Below the pieces are notes generated by a model. That model did not search any database. It had not been told where the DNA came from and worked only from the letters and a program-made list of their open reading frames with translations. From Thermoplasmatota archaeon (GTDB taxonomy: Archaea > Thermoplasmatota > E2 > JACPAO01 > JAHFTW01), in assembly GCA_041601615.1 (NCBI GenBank), contig JBFIHX010000005.1, positions 1 to 64,000 of the forward strand: a stretch of 64,000 nucleotides of DNA, given 5' to 3'. Below are positions 1 through 9,509 of this stretch, piece after piece. Position 1 is the stretch's first letter; each line of letters starts with the position of its first letter. A program made the translations under genes and the position numbers.

Positions 1-128
1 ACCCCCCTCCGTTTGGTCCTTTGACGCCCCGACAGCGCACTGTTGGACCGTCCACCAAGCCGCTCCTTTGGCCCAATGGTCAATGGACAGAACTGGCCAT
101 TATGGGATTACCCCCCGTATATCCGGTT

Positions 129-334
129 GGTAATCCGAGGGGGCGGAGCCCCCTAGGTATGACACGTTCCTTGGGCAGGGTCAGGAAGAAGGGAAGGAAG
201 GCTAGGCCTCTTTTGCGGGGGTGCGCCCCAGGTCGTCGTCCGGAGGACGGCGGCGTTCGGGGGTAATCCGAGGGGGCGGAGCCCCCTAGGTATGACACGT
301 TCCTTGGGCAGGGTCAGGAAGAAGGGAAGGAAGG
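129..334. repeat. 73-bp direct repeat (129-201, 262-334) containing a REP-like hairpin AGGGGGCGGAGCCCCCT
   Basis: Two identical copies of GGTAATCCGAGGGGGCGGAGCCCCCTAGGTATGACACG...GGAAGGAAGG, 133 bp apart, read directly from the sequence. Confidence 0.9.
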
Positions 335-352
335 GTAACGAGCACAGAATTT

Positions 353-1192
353 CTATGCTCTTTTTTCCAAGTACGCCTTGCCTGCTTCTTGCATCCTAGC
401 AATGAGCGCCTTCGCGTCCGCCTCCAGCCCCGTCGCCCGAATCCGAATGTGCCCTCGCTGAGGGTACGACCCGAGCACCACGCCCGGAAACTCCTTCTCC
501 AACGCGACGAGGGTCTCGTAGAACCTTGATTCCTCGGTGTAGAGCACCAATTCCTCGGTCCACATGGGCGTTGATCCCTCCAGTCTGGGCGCGATGGATT
601 CGTCGAACATGCGCTCGAATTCGTGCGGGACGCCGGGCAACGTAAACAGTTGGGTGCGGCGCGGGTTGGGGGCGGTGACGATGGCGCCTAGCGCTGTGCC
701 GATGTGGTTGGGCATCGCTTCGGCGCCACGGGGTAGGTAGATCATTTTGCGAATGCCTGCGTTGGGCGTGGGGCTGTCGAAGTAGCCTCGTCTGTGCCCT
801 TCGGCAACGCGCTCGTGCATCCACTGCTCCCATTCGGGTTCGGCGACGAGGTCGGTTCCTAGTGCGCGCGCGATGCCTTCCATGGTGCGGTCGTCGGGGG
901 TCGGGCCGAGGCCACCGCTGGTGATGACGTAGTCTAGGTCCAAGTCGTTCAGGAATCGCTTGACGCTTGCTTCGATGTCGGGCAAGTCGTCGGTGCAGAC
1001 CTCGACGCGGGCGAACTGGACGCCCATCTGTTTGCATCGTTTGGCGAGCCAGTGGCTGTTGGACTCGTGGACGTGGCCGGCGAGGATTTCGTCACCAATG
1101 ACGAGGCAGCCAAGTCGCTTCACGGGAGTGGATGGGATGCGAGGTTCATCGGCTTTCTGCTTGCCCACGGCGCCGGAGCCAGGTTGCGACAC
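353..1192 (-). CDS. CinA-like / molybdopterin-binding (MoCF_biosynth) domain protein
   Basis: IGDEILAG..ESNS, SGGLGPTPDDRT and LPGVP motifs; no C-terminal PncC domain. Confidence 0.85.
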   Translation of the reverse strand: MSQPGSGAVGKQKADEPRIPSTPVKRLGCLVIGDEILAGHVHESNSHWLAKRCKQMGVQFARVEVCTDDLPDIEASVKRFLNDLDLDYVITSGGLGPTPDDRTMEGIARALGTDLVAEPEWEQWMHERVAEGHRRGYFDSPTPNAGIRKMIYLPRGAEAMPNHIGTALGAIVTAPNPRRTQLFTLPGVPHEFERMFDESIAPRLEGSTPMWTEELVLYTEESRFYETLVALEKEFPGVVLGSYPQRGHIRIRATGLEADAKALIARMQEAGKAYLEKRA

Positions 1193-2084
1193 CGATCAAG
1201 CACGCAGACAGCGCTAGAAGCACAACAAGGCCGGTGGTGGCTCCGCCGATGTCGAAGGCAAACACGATGGCGTCGACCGTGAGCGCGGCGCTGGCGGCGA
1301 ATATCGCTCCGCGTTGTCGAAGAAGGATTGCGAGACCCAGGAGGGCCAGGAGCATGATGCCCAGGAATACTTCCGGCGCCGCGTCGAAGCTTGGTTCGAT
1401 GACGGTGAATGTGAATCCGAGCCAGGCGCCAGCAACGGAGAGCGTGGTGCTGAAGCCGGCTTCGTCGTCCCACGGCGGTGCTTGGAGGCGGTTCCAGGTG
1501 ACGGTGCCGGCCCAGAGTGCGGCGGCGGACAGGAGCCAGAGGGTGCTTGCGGTGTCCTCGTGGAGGGTGCGGTAGAGCACGACGGGGAGCGCAACGAGGG
1601 TGAGTGCGAGGCCGACGATGGGCAGGATGTGCTGGTTGCGCTTTGCAATGACGACGCCGAGCCCAATGAGGATGGGAAGTGCCCAGAGCCATTCGGCGGG
1701 CGCTTGGGGTCCGAGGGTGATGGCGGTGGGTATGAGTCCGGCAAGCAGGATGGCGTCGCCGAGGTCTTTTTGGCGGGCCACGAGCAGCACGACGCCGGTT
1801 CCGAGCAACAGGAGGGCGCTGATGGCAAAGAAGGCCCAGGCTTCGTTTTCGCCGCGTCCAAGCACGTCGTTGATTTGCAGCAAGCCGAAGAGAGCGGCGG
1901 TGGCGGCACCGAGCATGAGGCCTCCGACGGCGTAGAATGCCTGCATGGCGAGGCTCGGGCTGCCTTCGGCGGCGGCGGGGCCAAGCTCTCGTTGCACTTG
2001 CTCGAAGGCTCCCTGTTTGAACATGCCTCGTTGGTTCCATCCACGGGCGGCTTCGAGGGCGGCGCGGGCGTCGCTTCGGCGCAT
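1146..2084 (-). CDS. Polytopic membrane protein (DUF2157-like)
   Basis: About 9-10 hydrophobic helices; overlaps the next gene in operon fashion. Confidence 0.65.
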   Translation of the reverse strand: MRRSDARAALEAARGWNQRGMFKQGAFEQVQRELGPAAAEGSPSLAMQAFYAVGGLMLGAATAALFGLLQINDVLGRGENEAWAFFAISALLLLGTGVVLLVARQKDLGDAILLAGLIPTAITLGPQAPAEWLWALPILIGLGVVIAKRNQHILPIVGLALTLVALPVVLYRTLHEDTASTLWLLSAAALWAGTVTWNRLQAPPWDDEAGFSTTLSVAGAWLGFTFTVIEPSFDAAPEVFLGIMLLALLGLAILLRQRGAIFAASAALTVDAIVFAFDIGGATTGLVVLLALSACLIGVATWLRRRGQAESR

Positions 2085-2141
2085 GGGGCTGAGTGTGTGC
2101 CTCAGAAGTTGAGGGTGCCGGCTGGTTATCGGCGCGTGCCG

Positions 2142-3278
2142 TCAGACGACGTAGTCCATCATCGCTGCCACGGCCGCACCTCGTGGTACGTTCGCGCCGG
2201 CCAAGCGGAGGGTGGCTTCGATGGCGGCCCAGCCGGCGGCAAGTTCGGCCCATGTCGTATCGCCCATGTGGCCGACGCGGAATACGGAGCCTTTCCAGTG
2301 ATCTTGGGCGCCGGCGACCACGACGCCAAATTTGTCCTTGAGTACGGGTCGCACGTCTTTGTCCACGATGCCGTCGGGGTAGCGGATGGCGGTGACGGTG
2401 TCGCTGCGGACGCTCGCGTCGGCGGCAAGTTCGAGCCCGGCGGCTTCGGCGGCGGCGCGGCAGGCGGCGGCGAGGGTACGGGTGCGGGCAAAGCGTGCGT
2501 CGAGCCCTTCTTCGAAGACGCGGTCGAGCGCCTCGACGGAGGCAAGATGCAAGGGAACGGCGGCCGTGAAGGGGGTCTGGTCGTCCTTGTCGGCGCGGTC
2601 GACGTGGCGCTTGAGGTCCATGTACAAGCTCGGGGAGTCGAGGCGTTCGTAGGCGCGATCGGACAGGGCGACGAAGGAGAGGCCGCTGGGGCCGCCGATG
2701 CATTTCTGGCTGCCGACGATGCTTACGTCGAGGCCCCACTCCGTCATGGGGACCGGGACGCTGCCGGTGGCGGTGATGGTGTCTGCGATGCTGATGGCGT
2801 CGTGCTTGCGGCACAATTTTGCCACGGCTTCGCCTTGGTTCATGACGGCGGTGCTGGTTTCGTTGAGCGTGAAGGCCACGGCCGACGCGCCTTCCGAAAG
2901 TTGGGCTTCGATGGCGTCCAAGTCGAAGCCTTGGCCCCAGGGTGTGGCGAGCACAACCCCGGAGTCTCCGGCGTAGCGCTGCACCAGTTGGCCCATGCGC
3001 TGGCCAAATTTGCCGTTCTCCAGTCCTATGGCCTTGTCGTGCCAGTGCACGAGGTTGGAGATGGCGGCCTCCATGCCTGCGGTGCCGCTGCCTGCAAGGA
3101 CTGCCACACGAGGAGCGTCCATGAGGCGCTTCAGGCCGTCGAAGAGGCGCCGGTTGATGGCCGAGAATTCGGGGCTGCGGTGGGCCATGGCGGGGGCGGC
3201 CATTGCCATGCGCACGCGGTGGTGCATTTTCACGGGTCCAGGCAGCAGGAATACGTTGTCCTCGGAATCGAAGGCCAC
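2142..3278 (-). CDS. Class V PLP aminotransferase (alanine-glyoxylate/serine-pyruvate family)
   Basis: LLPGP, HRSPEF, GSGT, NETST, GSQKC (PLP Lys) and FRVGHMG motifs; GTG start at 3278 inferred (alternative ATG 3362). Confidence 0.9.
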   Translation of the reverse strand: MAFDSEDNVFLLPGPVKMHHRVRMAMAAPAMAHRSPEFSAINRRLFDGLKRLMDAPRVAVLAGSGTAGMEAAISNLVHWHDKAIGLENGKFGQRMGQLVQRYAGDSGVVLATPWGQGFDLDAIEAQLSEGASAVAFTLNETSTAVMNQGEAVAKLCRKHDAISIADTITATGSVPVPMTEWGLDVSIVGSQKCIGGPSGLSFVALSDRAYERLDSPSLYMDLKRHVDRADKDDQTPFTAAVPLHLASVEALDRVFEEGLDARFARTRTLAAACRAAAEAAGLELAADASVRSDTVTAIRYPDGIVDKDVRPVLKDKFGVVVAGAQDHWKGSVFRVGHMGDTTWAELAAGWAAIEATLRLAGANVPRGAAVAAMMDYVV

Positions 3279-3383
3279 GACAGTGGCACCAAGCGATTTG
3301 GCTTCAAGGCGCCGGTCGGCCAGGGGGTGCTTTCTGCGCTCTTGCCGGAATCTTGATAGCATTGTACTACACATCTAGGTGTA

Positions 3384-3662
3384 GTGCAGATTGAGTCGCC
3401 TCCTGCAAAGCAGCGAGCAAACCCGACCCTTGCAACGCTTCATCGCGTGGAGCGCATCCTTCGAGATGCCTACGAGCACCGCGAAGGCCCAATTTCCTAT
3501 GCCGAATTGGAGCGTCGGATGCCCGCCGCCCGCGTTCGGTTCGAGGTCTTGCAGGTGAGCGTGCTTGAGCTGGCGCGCCAGCGGCACGTAACCGTGGGTA
3601 GCGACGGCATCATGTGGGTTGTGTCGGGAGCAGACCGGGTTCCGCACGTTCCGCTCGAATGA
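3384..3662 (+). CDS. Small winged-HTH-like protein, putative antitoxin
   Basis: 92 aa with a helix-turn-helix plus beta-wing pattern; ATGA overlap with the downstream toxin-like ORF. Confidence 0.55.
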   Translation: MQIESPPAKQRANPTLATLHRVERILRDAYEHREGPISYAELERRMPAARVRFEVLQVSVLELARQRHVTVGSDGIMWVVSGADRVPHVPLE

Positions 3663-4015
3663 CGCCGCCGCGCAGTGTTCCTGCTGATTTGGTCGCGGTG
3701 CGCGAAGGTTGCAAGGACGATTTTCTGCGGCGTCATCAAAAGAACCGGGGCCGGGCCGGGCAAGTGTGGAACAGTTTGGTAGCAAAGGGTCGGCAGCTCA
3801 AAGCGGATACCGGATTTGGTCCCATCTTCAGCCCGCCACAGCTGCCCGAATTTCTTCGCGGGGTCTGGCCCTTGCGTGTCATCAAAGGGCTTCCTGATGG
3901 TTTTCGTGCTGTCTACACCGTAGTGAGCGACCCCGAGGACGGCATCGTGGTGCGTGTTGAGTGGGTCGGAGACCACGCGGAGTACGATCGTTTGTTTGGC
4001 TACAGCACCAGCTAG
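3659..4015 (+). CDS. RelE/HigB-like toxin
   Basis: C-terminal LPDGFRAVYTV...VEWVGDHAEYDRLFGY resembles the RelE-fold RNase pattern; translationally coupled to the upstream gene. Confidence 0.55.
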   Translation: MTPPRSVPADLVAVREGCKDDFLRRHQKNRGRAGQVWNSLVAKGRQLKADTGFGPIFSPPQLPEFLRGVWPLRVIKGLPDGFRAVYTVVSDPEDGIVVRVEWVGDHAEYDRLFGYSTS

Positions 4016-4066
4016 GAGCGTGGCTCCATCCCATGCGCTCATGATGCACCGGGTGCTCGTCGCTGC

Positions 4067-4522
4067 GTGCACGTCCGCCCCGCCGAGCCCCGCGACGACC
4101 AGGTGCTCGCCGACTTGTTTGTGGAGTACGGCCAAGCATTCGCGTACGAGGTGGGCGACCAAGACCTAGCAGTGGAGGGAATGCGCGCCCGGGAGGCCTA
4201 CCGCTCCGGCGCCTTGCTGGTGGCTGAAGATGCGGGCGGCGCCGTGTTGGGCTGCGTTGCGTTCGAGCCGTGGGGCGAAGGCCGGGCACGCATGAAGCGC
4301 ATGTTCGTGGCTCCCGAGCATCGAGGCAAGGGCGTGGGTTGCGTGCTTGCGGAATCCATCGTTGCGGCGGCTCGGGACGCGGGCCACGGGGTCATGGTGC
4401 TCGACACAAGCCAGTCCATGAAAGCGGCACGGGCACTGTATCGAGGCATGGGATTTGCTCCGTTTGAGGCGGACTACGAAGCGCCGTGCAGGGACGTTGC
4501 ATATCTGGCTCTCAAGCTCTAA
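4067..4522 (+). CDS. GNAT family N-acetyltransferase
   Basis: MKRMFVAPEHRGKGVG acetyl-CoA motif A; ARALYRGMGF. Confidence 0.9.
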   Translation: MHVRPAEPRDDQVLADLFVEYGQAFAYEVGDQDLAVEGMRAREAYRSGALLVAEDAGGAVLGCVAFEPWGEGRARMKRMFVAPEHRGKGVGCVLAESIVAAARDAGHGVMVLDTSQSMKAARALYRGMGFAPFEADYEAPCRDVAYLALKL

Positions 4523-4598
4523 CCGATCGCTGATGGCACCCTTGGTGCCGCCCTCCAGCTGGGGTGCCGCAAGGGGTGGCGGGTGCGGTTTTTTGGTT

Positions 4599-4856
4599 CT
4601 AGTTCCAGCTCACGACGTTCTTGTAACCGCAGGGAAGCATGTCTGGTTCGGGGCAGCGGAAGGGTGCGGGATCCCTTTGTTCAAGTTCAACGCCGACACA
4701 TTGGCCGGAATAGATGCGGAGGTACCAGAAGTACAGGGGCAAATCGCCGCCCGCCGCGCACGAGGAGGAGTCTGCGTCGCTGTCGGCAGCGGATGCACCT
4801 GGGATTGCCAGCAAGGCGATGGCGAGAGATACTGCGAGGATGGATCGGTAGATCAT
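4599..4856 (-). CDS. Small secreted protein with 4 Cys
   Basis: Signal peptide (RSILAVSLAIALLAIPGASA) followed by a short acidic, Cys-containing mature part. Confidence 0.5.
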   Translation of the reverse strand: MIYRSILAVSLAIALLAIPGASAADSDADSSSCAAGGDLPLYFWYLRIYSGQCVGVELEQRDPAPFRCPEPDMLPCGYKNVVSWN

Positions 4857-4931
4857 CGTCGAAGAAGGTGGCTGGGTGGATGTAATTGTTTCTAGTGATG
4901 ATTGGAAATCTTTGGCAGGGACTAGCGTCGG

Positions 4932-6092
4932 TTAGGCGCGGACGACGTGCGCTGTTGCCGCTTCCAGCCCTCGTTCCAGATCTGCCCGAAGGTGCTCGTA
5001 GTCGTCGAGGCCGATGCTGAATCGCACGAGGCCTGGGGTGATACCGGCGCGGGCGCGGTCGGCTTCGGGGATGCAGGCGTGGGTGGTGGTTGCGGGGTGG
5101 CTGGCGAGGCTCTCGAATCCGCCGAGGCTGACGGCGCGTTGGAATACTTGGAGGCTGTCGACGAAGCGGTGGGCGGCTTCGGTGGTGCCGACGTCGATGG
5201 TGAGGACGTGTCCGCCGGCGGGCATTTGTTTGAGGGCGATGGCGTGGTCGGGGTGATCGGGCAGGAGGGGGTGGCGAACGGTGATGCCGCGTGCCTGCAT
5301 TTCTCGGGCAAGGCGCAGGGCGTTGTCGTTCATGGCCTTGAGGCGCACGCCGAGGGTCCGGGCGCCGCGCAGGCAGAGCCAGGCGGCTTCGGCGTCGAGG
5401 ACGGGGCCGGCGTCCTTGAGCCAGCCGCGCACACCTTCGAGCAGGGAGGCGGGGCCGACGACGGCGCCGGCGATGAGGTCGCTGTGGCCGTTGATGGCTT
5501 TGGTGAGGCTGTGAACGACGAGGTCGGCGCCGAGTGCGATGGGGCGCTGGGCGAGGGGGGTGGCGAAGGTGTTGTCGACGACGAGGATGCCGCCGGCGGC
5601 GTGGGTCCAGGCGGCGGCTTGTTCGATGTCCACGAGGCGGGTCGTGGGGTTCATCGGGGTTTCGAGGAATACGACTGCGGTGGTGTTGCCGATGGCGGCG
5701 CGTAGTGCTTCGGGGTCGCTGGAATCGATGCGCACCAGTTCGACGCCCCAGTGTTCGAGGCGGCGAAGGAGGCTGTCGGTGCAGCCGTAGACGCAGGAGT
5801 CGGTGACGAGCCGGGCGCCGGGGCGAAGGAGGCTCATGAGGGTGATGTGGATGGCGCCCATGCCGCTGGCGGTGCAGACGGCTCCTTCTGCTCCTTCGAG
5901 CATGGCGAGGTGCTGTTCGAGGGCGTCGACGGTGGGGTTTTGGAGGCGGCTGTAGAGGAGGCCGGGGCCGCCTTGGAACCGTGCTTGTCCTTCGGCGGCG
6001 TTGGGGAAGGTGAAGGTGCTGCTGCGGACCACGGGGGGGTTGACGGCGCCGAAGGCGTGTTCGACGATGTGTGGGGTCCGGGATGCATCCAT
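4932..6092 (-). CDS. Trans-sulfuration PLP enzyme (methionine gamma-lyase / cystathionine gamma-synthase family)
   Basis: YSRLQNPT, ASGMGAI, ETPMNP, VDNTFATP, HSLTKAINGHSD and AVSLGG motifs. Confidence 0.92.
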   Translation of the reverse strand: MDASRTPHIVEHAFGAVNPPVVRSSTFTFPNAAEGQARFQGGPGLLYSRLQNPTVDALEQHLAMLEGAEGAVCTASGMGAIHITLMSLLRPGARLVTDSCVYGCTDSLLRRLEHWGVELVRIDSSDPEALRAAIGNTTAVVFLETPMNPTTRLVDIEQAAAWTHAAGGILVVDNTFATPLAQRPIALGADLVVHSLTKAINGHSDLIAGAVVGPASLLEGVRGWLKDAGPVLDAEAAWLCLRGARTLGVRLKAMNDNALRLAREMQARGITVRHPLLPDHPDHAIALKQMPAGGHVLTIDVGTTEAAHRFVDSLQVFQRAVSLGGFESLASHPATTTHACIPEADRARAGITPGLVRFSIGLDDYEHLRADLERGLEAATAHVVRA

Positions 6093-6201
6093 GGTTTGGA
6101 ATCGGGGCTGGGGTGATGACGGTTGCTTGTTGTGGAGCGGCACTTTGTAGCTGATGGATGGGTCGAAGTGGCTTTTTGCTTGACAGTGTGTATGGATTCG
6201 T

Positions 6202-6669
6202 ATGGATGCGCTTGACAGGGCGATTTTGGTGGCGCTGCGAGAGGATGCGCGGTTGCCGGTGGCGGAATTGGCGCGTCGTGTCGGGACGAGTAGGGCGACG
6301 GCGCATGATCGGTTGAAGCGGTTGCAGGACCGGGGCGTGATTTTGGGTGCCACGATTCGCTTAGATCCTGCGGCGCTTGGGCATCCATTGCGTGGATTCT
6401 TGATGGTGGGGTGGCGCGCCGAGCACCAAGATCAGCGGGCGGTGGCGCGTAGCATTGCAACGATTCCGGGCGTGGAGCGGGTGCATATCATTACGGGGCC
6501 GCATGATTTTTTGGTGGAGGTGATGGCGCCGGACATGGACGCGGTGGGTCGTATCATCATTGAGCGCATTCGCAGCATTCCGGGTGTTGGGGCGACGGAG
6601 ACTTTGTTGTCCTTCTGGAGTTTTGATGGGCCGGGTGTTGTGGAGCCGGTCTATGCGGTTGATGGTTGA
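6202..6669 (+). CDS. Lrp/AsnC transcriptional regulator, divergent from the lyase
   Basis: MDALDRAILVALREDAR HTH; RAM domain with ITGPHDF. Confidence 0.93.
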   Translation: MDALDRAILVALREDARLPVAELARRVGTSRATAHDRLKRLQDRGVILGATIRLDPAALGHPLRGFLMVGWRAEHQDQRAVARSIATIPGVERVHIITGPHDFLVEVMAPDMDAVGRIIIERIRSIPGVGATETLLSFWSFDGPGVVEPVYAVDG

Positions 6670-7067
6670 AGGACTCCGAAGATGTTGCCTTCTGTGTCGC
6701 GGCCGTAGAAGATGCGGCCAACGCCGGGTATGTCGGCGGGTGGCTCTGCAATTTGGCCTCCGTGTTCCGTGACGGCTGCCATGCTTGCGTCTAGGTCTTC
6801 TACGGTGAGGATGCAGACGTAGGCGTTGATGGCGGCTCCGGGTTGGGGCGGGGCGCCGTGTCGAATCAGCATGCCGCCGCCTATGCCCATGCTGGGGCCG
6901 GTCCCTGCGACTTTGGTAGGATCTTCGGCGGTGGGGGTTAGGAGCCAGTATGCTTCGTCCATGCCGGGAGCTGCCATGTCGGTCCAACCGAATGCGTCGC
7001 GGTAGAACGCCCGGGCGCGGTCGGGGTCTGTGGCGTGAATCTCGAAGTGCATGATGGGGGCGGCCAT
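6651..7067 (-). CDS. VOC/glyoxalase family protein
   Basis: HFEIHATDPDRARAFY..FGW and DTEGNIFG motifs. Confidence 0.9.
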   Translation of the reverse strand: MAAPIMHFEIHATDPDRARAFYRDAFGWTDMAAPGMDEAYWLLTPTAEDPTKVAGTGPSMGIGGGMLIRHGAPPQPGAAINAYVCILTVEDLDASMAAVTEHGGQIAEPPADIPGVGRIFYGRDTEGNIFGVLQPSTA

Positions 7068-7220
7068 GGAGTGCAATCATCGTGTATGGCTTAAGGCGAG
7101 CGCCGACGCGGTGCGTTGGGTGGCGGGTTCAGGGTCTCGGCTCGTTACGTGGGGGGTGCATGTGGCCGCCGGCAGGGGTCGAGAAGTGCATGGGATTCCT
7201 TTACATGCAAGTTCAGATGA

Positions 7221-8924
7221 ATGAGCGTGGACGCTGAGACCCGCAAGCGCTTGGAGCGGTTGGAGTTGGAGGTAGAGCGGCTTCGAAGCGTGGTGGATGG
7301 CCCTGTGCAGCCTTGGCCAGGCACGGATGATGCGATTTCGGCTCCGCCTCAAGCTCGTTCAAAACCCGTGGAGGTCGCTCTGCCGCCACCTCCTGCGCCG
7401 ATTCCCACCAAGCAAGGAGTCTCGCGTCCTCGTTCGTCCCATCAGGCCTTGGAGGCACGCATCGGGACTCGTTGGCTTGCGGTTGCGGGCATTGTGCTCG
7501 TCGTGGTTGCGTCCGGGTTGTTTTTGCGCTTGGCCATCAAGAACGGCTGGATTGGACCTGCCGCTCAGGTGGGCATCGGGTTCGTGCTGGGTCTAGCAAT
7601 TTGGGGCTTCGGTCTGTACTTGGACCGCGCGAAGCGTCTTGGGGAATTTGCGCATGTATTGGCAGGCGGCGGGGTCGCAATCACGGCGTTTGCGGTGTTT
7701 GCGGCGCATCATTTTCCCAAGTACCACGAGGCGCTGGGAATCAGTCTCGTAGGCGATTCGATTCTGCTTGTGTTGGTGGCGGCTGGTGCCCTGTTGGATG
7801 CGGTGCTGCGCCGTGCTGAAGTGCAAGCGTTGGTGGCGGCGACTCTTGGTTCCGTGATTCCATTACTGGCACTGGATTTGACGCGCTTTAGTCTCGCCTT
7901 GGCGGTTCTGATGGCGTTCATCTTGCTTGGTGCCTCCACCTGGCGGCGCTGGCCGACTGCGACGGTGTTTGCCGCCGTGGGTCCGTTCATGACCGTTTTT
8001 GTGCACCTTGTGGCAGATGTGCCTGCGGGCGATGTTTGGACCGCTTCCGCATTGCTTCTGCTCGGTTTTACGGCGGTAGGAATTCGTGTTCGTGGGGCTG
8101 ATGACGCGCATGCCTTGTCCGTGGTGTTTGGGCAGGCATTCGTTTGGGTTGCCACCTGGGGCATCGGAATTTGGGCGTTTGATCAATGGGGTCTGGATGG
8201 CGCTGCTTGGTGGACGCTTGGACTGGGGCTCGCGGCGGGCGCGTTTGCCTTTGTGCCGGGTTCGGATCGGACCGTGCGTTGGACCTGGGGCGGCCTTGCC
8301 ATTGCGGGACTGATCGGTTTTGCTCCCTTTTTGCGCTGGCCTGAAGCACTTGCGTTTGTGTGGATCGTGGAATTGGGCGTCGTTGCGACCATGCGGATTC
8401 GATGGCGCGGCACGGCTACGACTACGGCGGCGGGCGTCTTGCTGGGATTGCTGTCGACGCGGCTCATGTCGCGGGAGGCGCTGCAAATCTACGAACGCCT
8501 GGATGGTTGGGCACTGGACTTGGTGCTGCTCGTGGGCGGCATCGCCGCCATCATGAGCGTGTGGGTGATGGATCGAAACCAGAAGGACCAGGGTGCGGTG
8601 CTGGCTCAGTTCCATCTCGCCGTGGCCACAGGCCTTGCACTGGTGCTGATTGCTGTGCTTGGGTCGGGTCCTGGCGTCAGCCTTGCGTGGGGTTTGCTTG
8701 CGGTGGCGCTCGTGGGCATCGGCTTTGCTGTGCGTCGAGTTGATCTTCGTGCGGCGGGACTTGCGGCGTTTGCTCTGACGCTCGGGCGCATTGTGCTGTT
8801 TGATCTTGCTGGCGTGGATGCGATTTGGCGCGTGGCGGCGTTTGCCGGCGTCGGGGCGCTGCTGCTGGTGACGAGTTGGCTCTATGTTCGGTGGGTCCGA
8901 AGCGCACCGCAGGAGCGGTCTTAG
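7221..8924 (+). CDS. DUF2339-type predicted membrane protein
   Basis: N-terminal coiled coil, Pro-rich linker, LEARIGTRWL..G, many TM helices, C-terminal FDLAGVDAIWRV. Confidence 0.8.
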   Translation: MSVDAETRKRLERLELEVERLRSVVDGPVQPWPGTDDAISAPPQARSKPVEVALPPPPAPIPTKQGVSRPRSSHQALEARIGTRWLAVAGIVLVVVASGLFLRLAIKNGWIGPAAQVGIGFVLGLAIWGFGLYLDRAKRLGEFAHVLAGGGVAITAFAVFAAHHFPKYHEALGISLVGDSILLVLVAAGALLDAVLRRAEVQALVAATLGSVIPLLALDLTRFSLALAVLMAFILLGASTWRRWPTATVFAAVGPFMTVFVHLVADVPAGDVWTASALLLLGFTAVGIRVRGADDAHALSVVFGQAFVWVATWGIGIWAFDQWGLDGAAWWTLGLGLAAGAFAFVPGSDRTVRWTWGGLAIAGLIGFAPFLRWPEALAFVWIVELGVVATMRIRWRGTATTTAAGVLLGLLSTRLMSREALQIYERLDGWALDLVLLVGGIAAIMSVWVMDRNQKDQGAVLAQFHLAVATGLALVLIAVLGSGPGVSLAWGLLAVALVGIGFAVRRVDLRAAGLAAFALTLGRIVLFDLAGVDAIWRVAAFAGVGALLLVTSWLYVRWVRSAPQERS

Positions 8925-8944
8925 CGGACTTAGCGGACTTAGCG
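8921..8944. repeat. 9-bp tandem repeat (TTAGCGGAC x2.7) spanning the stop codons of two convergent genes
   Basis: ttagcggac ttagcggac ttagcg read directly. Confidence 0.8.
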
Positions 8945-9448
8945 AGATGAGCTGTTCGGGCGGGATGATGGGGCGGGCCGTGGCCGCACGGGGCTGCCGC
9001 AGATTTCGCAAACGTCCCCCTTGGGCGCTGCTTCGTACCAGCGTCCGCATCCAGCACAGCGTGGGCGCCAGTCCAGTGTGCCGGTCACGCCTTTCTGTTG
9101 GACAGTCTGGGTGGCGATCTTGAGTCGCTTGGCGATGTCCAGCATGGTGTAGTCATCGGTCACGAGCGTTGCGTCGAGGTCAAGGGCGAGGGCAAGCAGG
9201 CTGCGGTCGGCATCACTCAGGCGAGCAAGATTGCCGGCGGCGCTTGCGGTGGCTTCTACGAGTTGCAGTCGCTCGGCGGTTGCGCCTCTGATTTGTAAGC
9301 CGAGGCTTTGCCAGTCTTCAAAGCGGCGTGCGTCGCGGCCACCGGGGGAAATTTCCGCCGCTGCTTCGGGCGTGGTGGCAAGCCGGTGGGTGCGGGGGGG
9401 ATCGAGGCCTGCCAGGAGCAATGCGGTGTCCAGCACGAGCCAGGGCAC
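8939..9448 (-). CDS. nob1: NOB1-family endoribonuclease (PIN domain + Zn ribbon)
   Basis: VLDTA, LSDAD and TDDY PIN residues; CAGC...CEICG ribbon; GTG start inferred. Confidence 0.88.
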   Translation of the reverse strand: MPWLVLDTALLLAGLDPPRTHRLATTPEAAAEISPGGRDARRFEDWQSLGLQIRGATAERLQLVEATASAAGNLARLSDADRSLLALALDLDATLVTDDYTMLDIAKRLKIATQTVQQKGVTGTLDWRPRCAGCGRWYEAAPKGDVCEICGSPVRPRPAPSSRPNSSSR

Positions 9449-9509
9449 GGGCCGAGGAAGCGGGGGGGCCGCTTGGGGTTGTCGGCATGGCCAAAAGGGA
9501 GCGGGCGCA

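Noticed and set aside
129-334. Possible CRISPR array
   Set aside because: Only two 73-bp copies; too long for CRISPR repeats, no spacer series and no cas genes
1120-3356. Long alternative-frame and antisense ORFs (e.g. 1120-2814, 1314-3356, and similar throughout)
   Set aside because: Arg/Pro- or Gly/Val-rich shadow frames of GC-rich genes with no recognisable motifs
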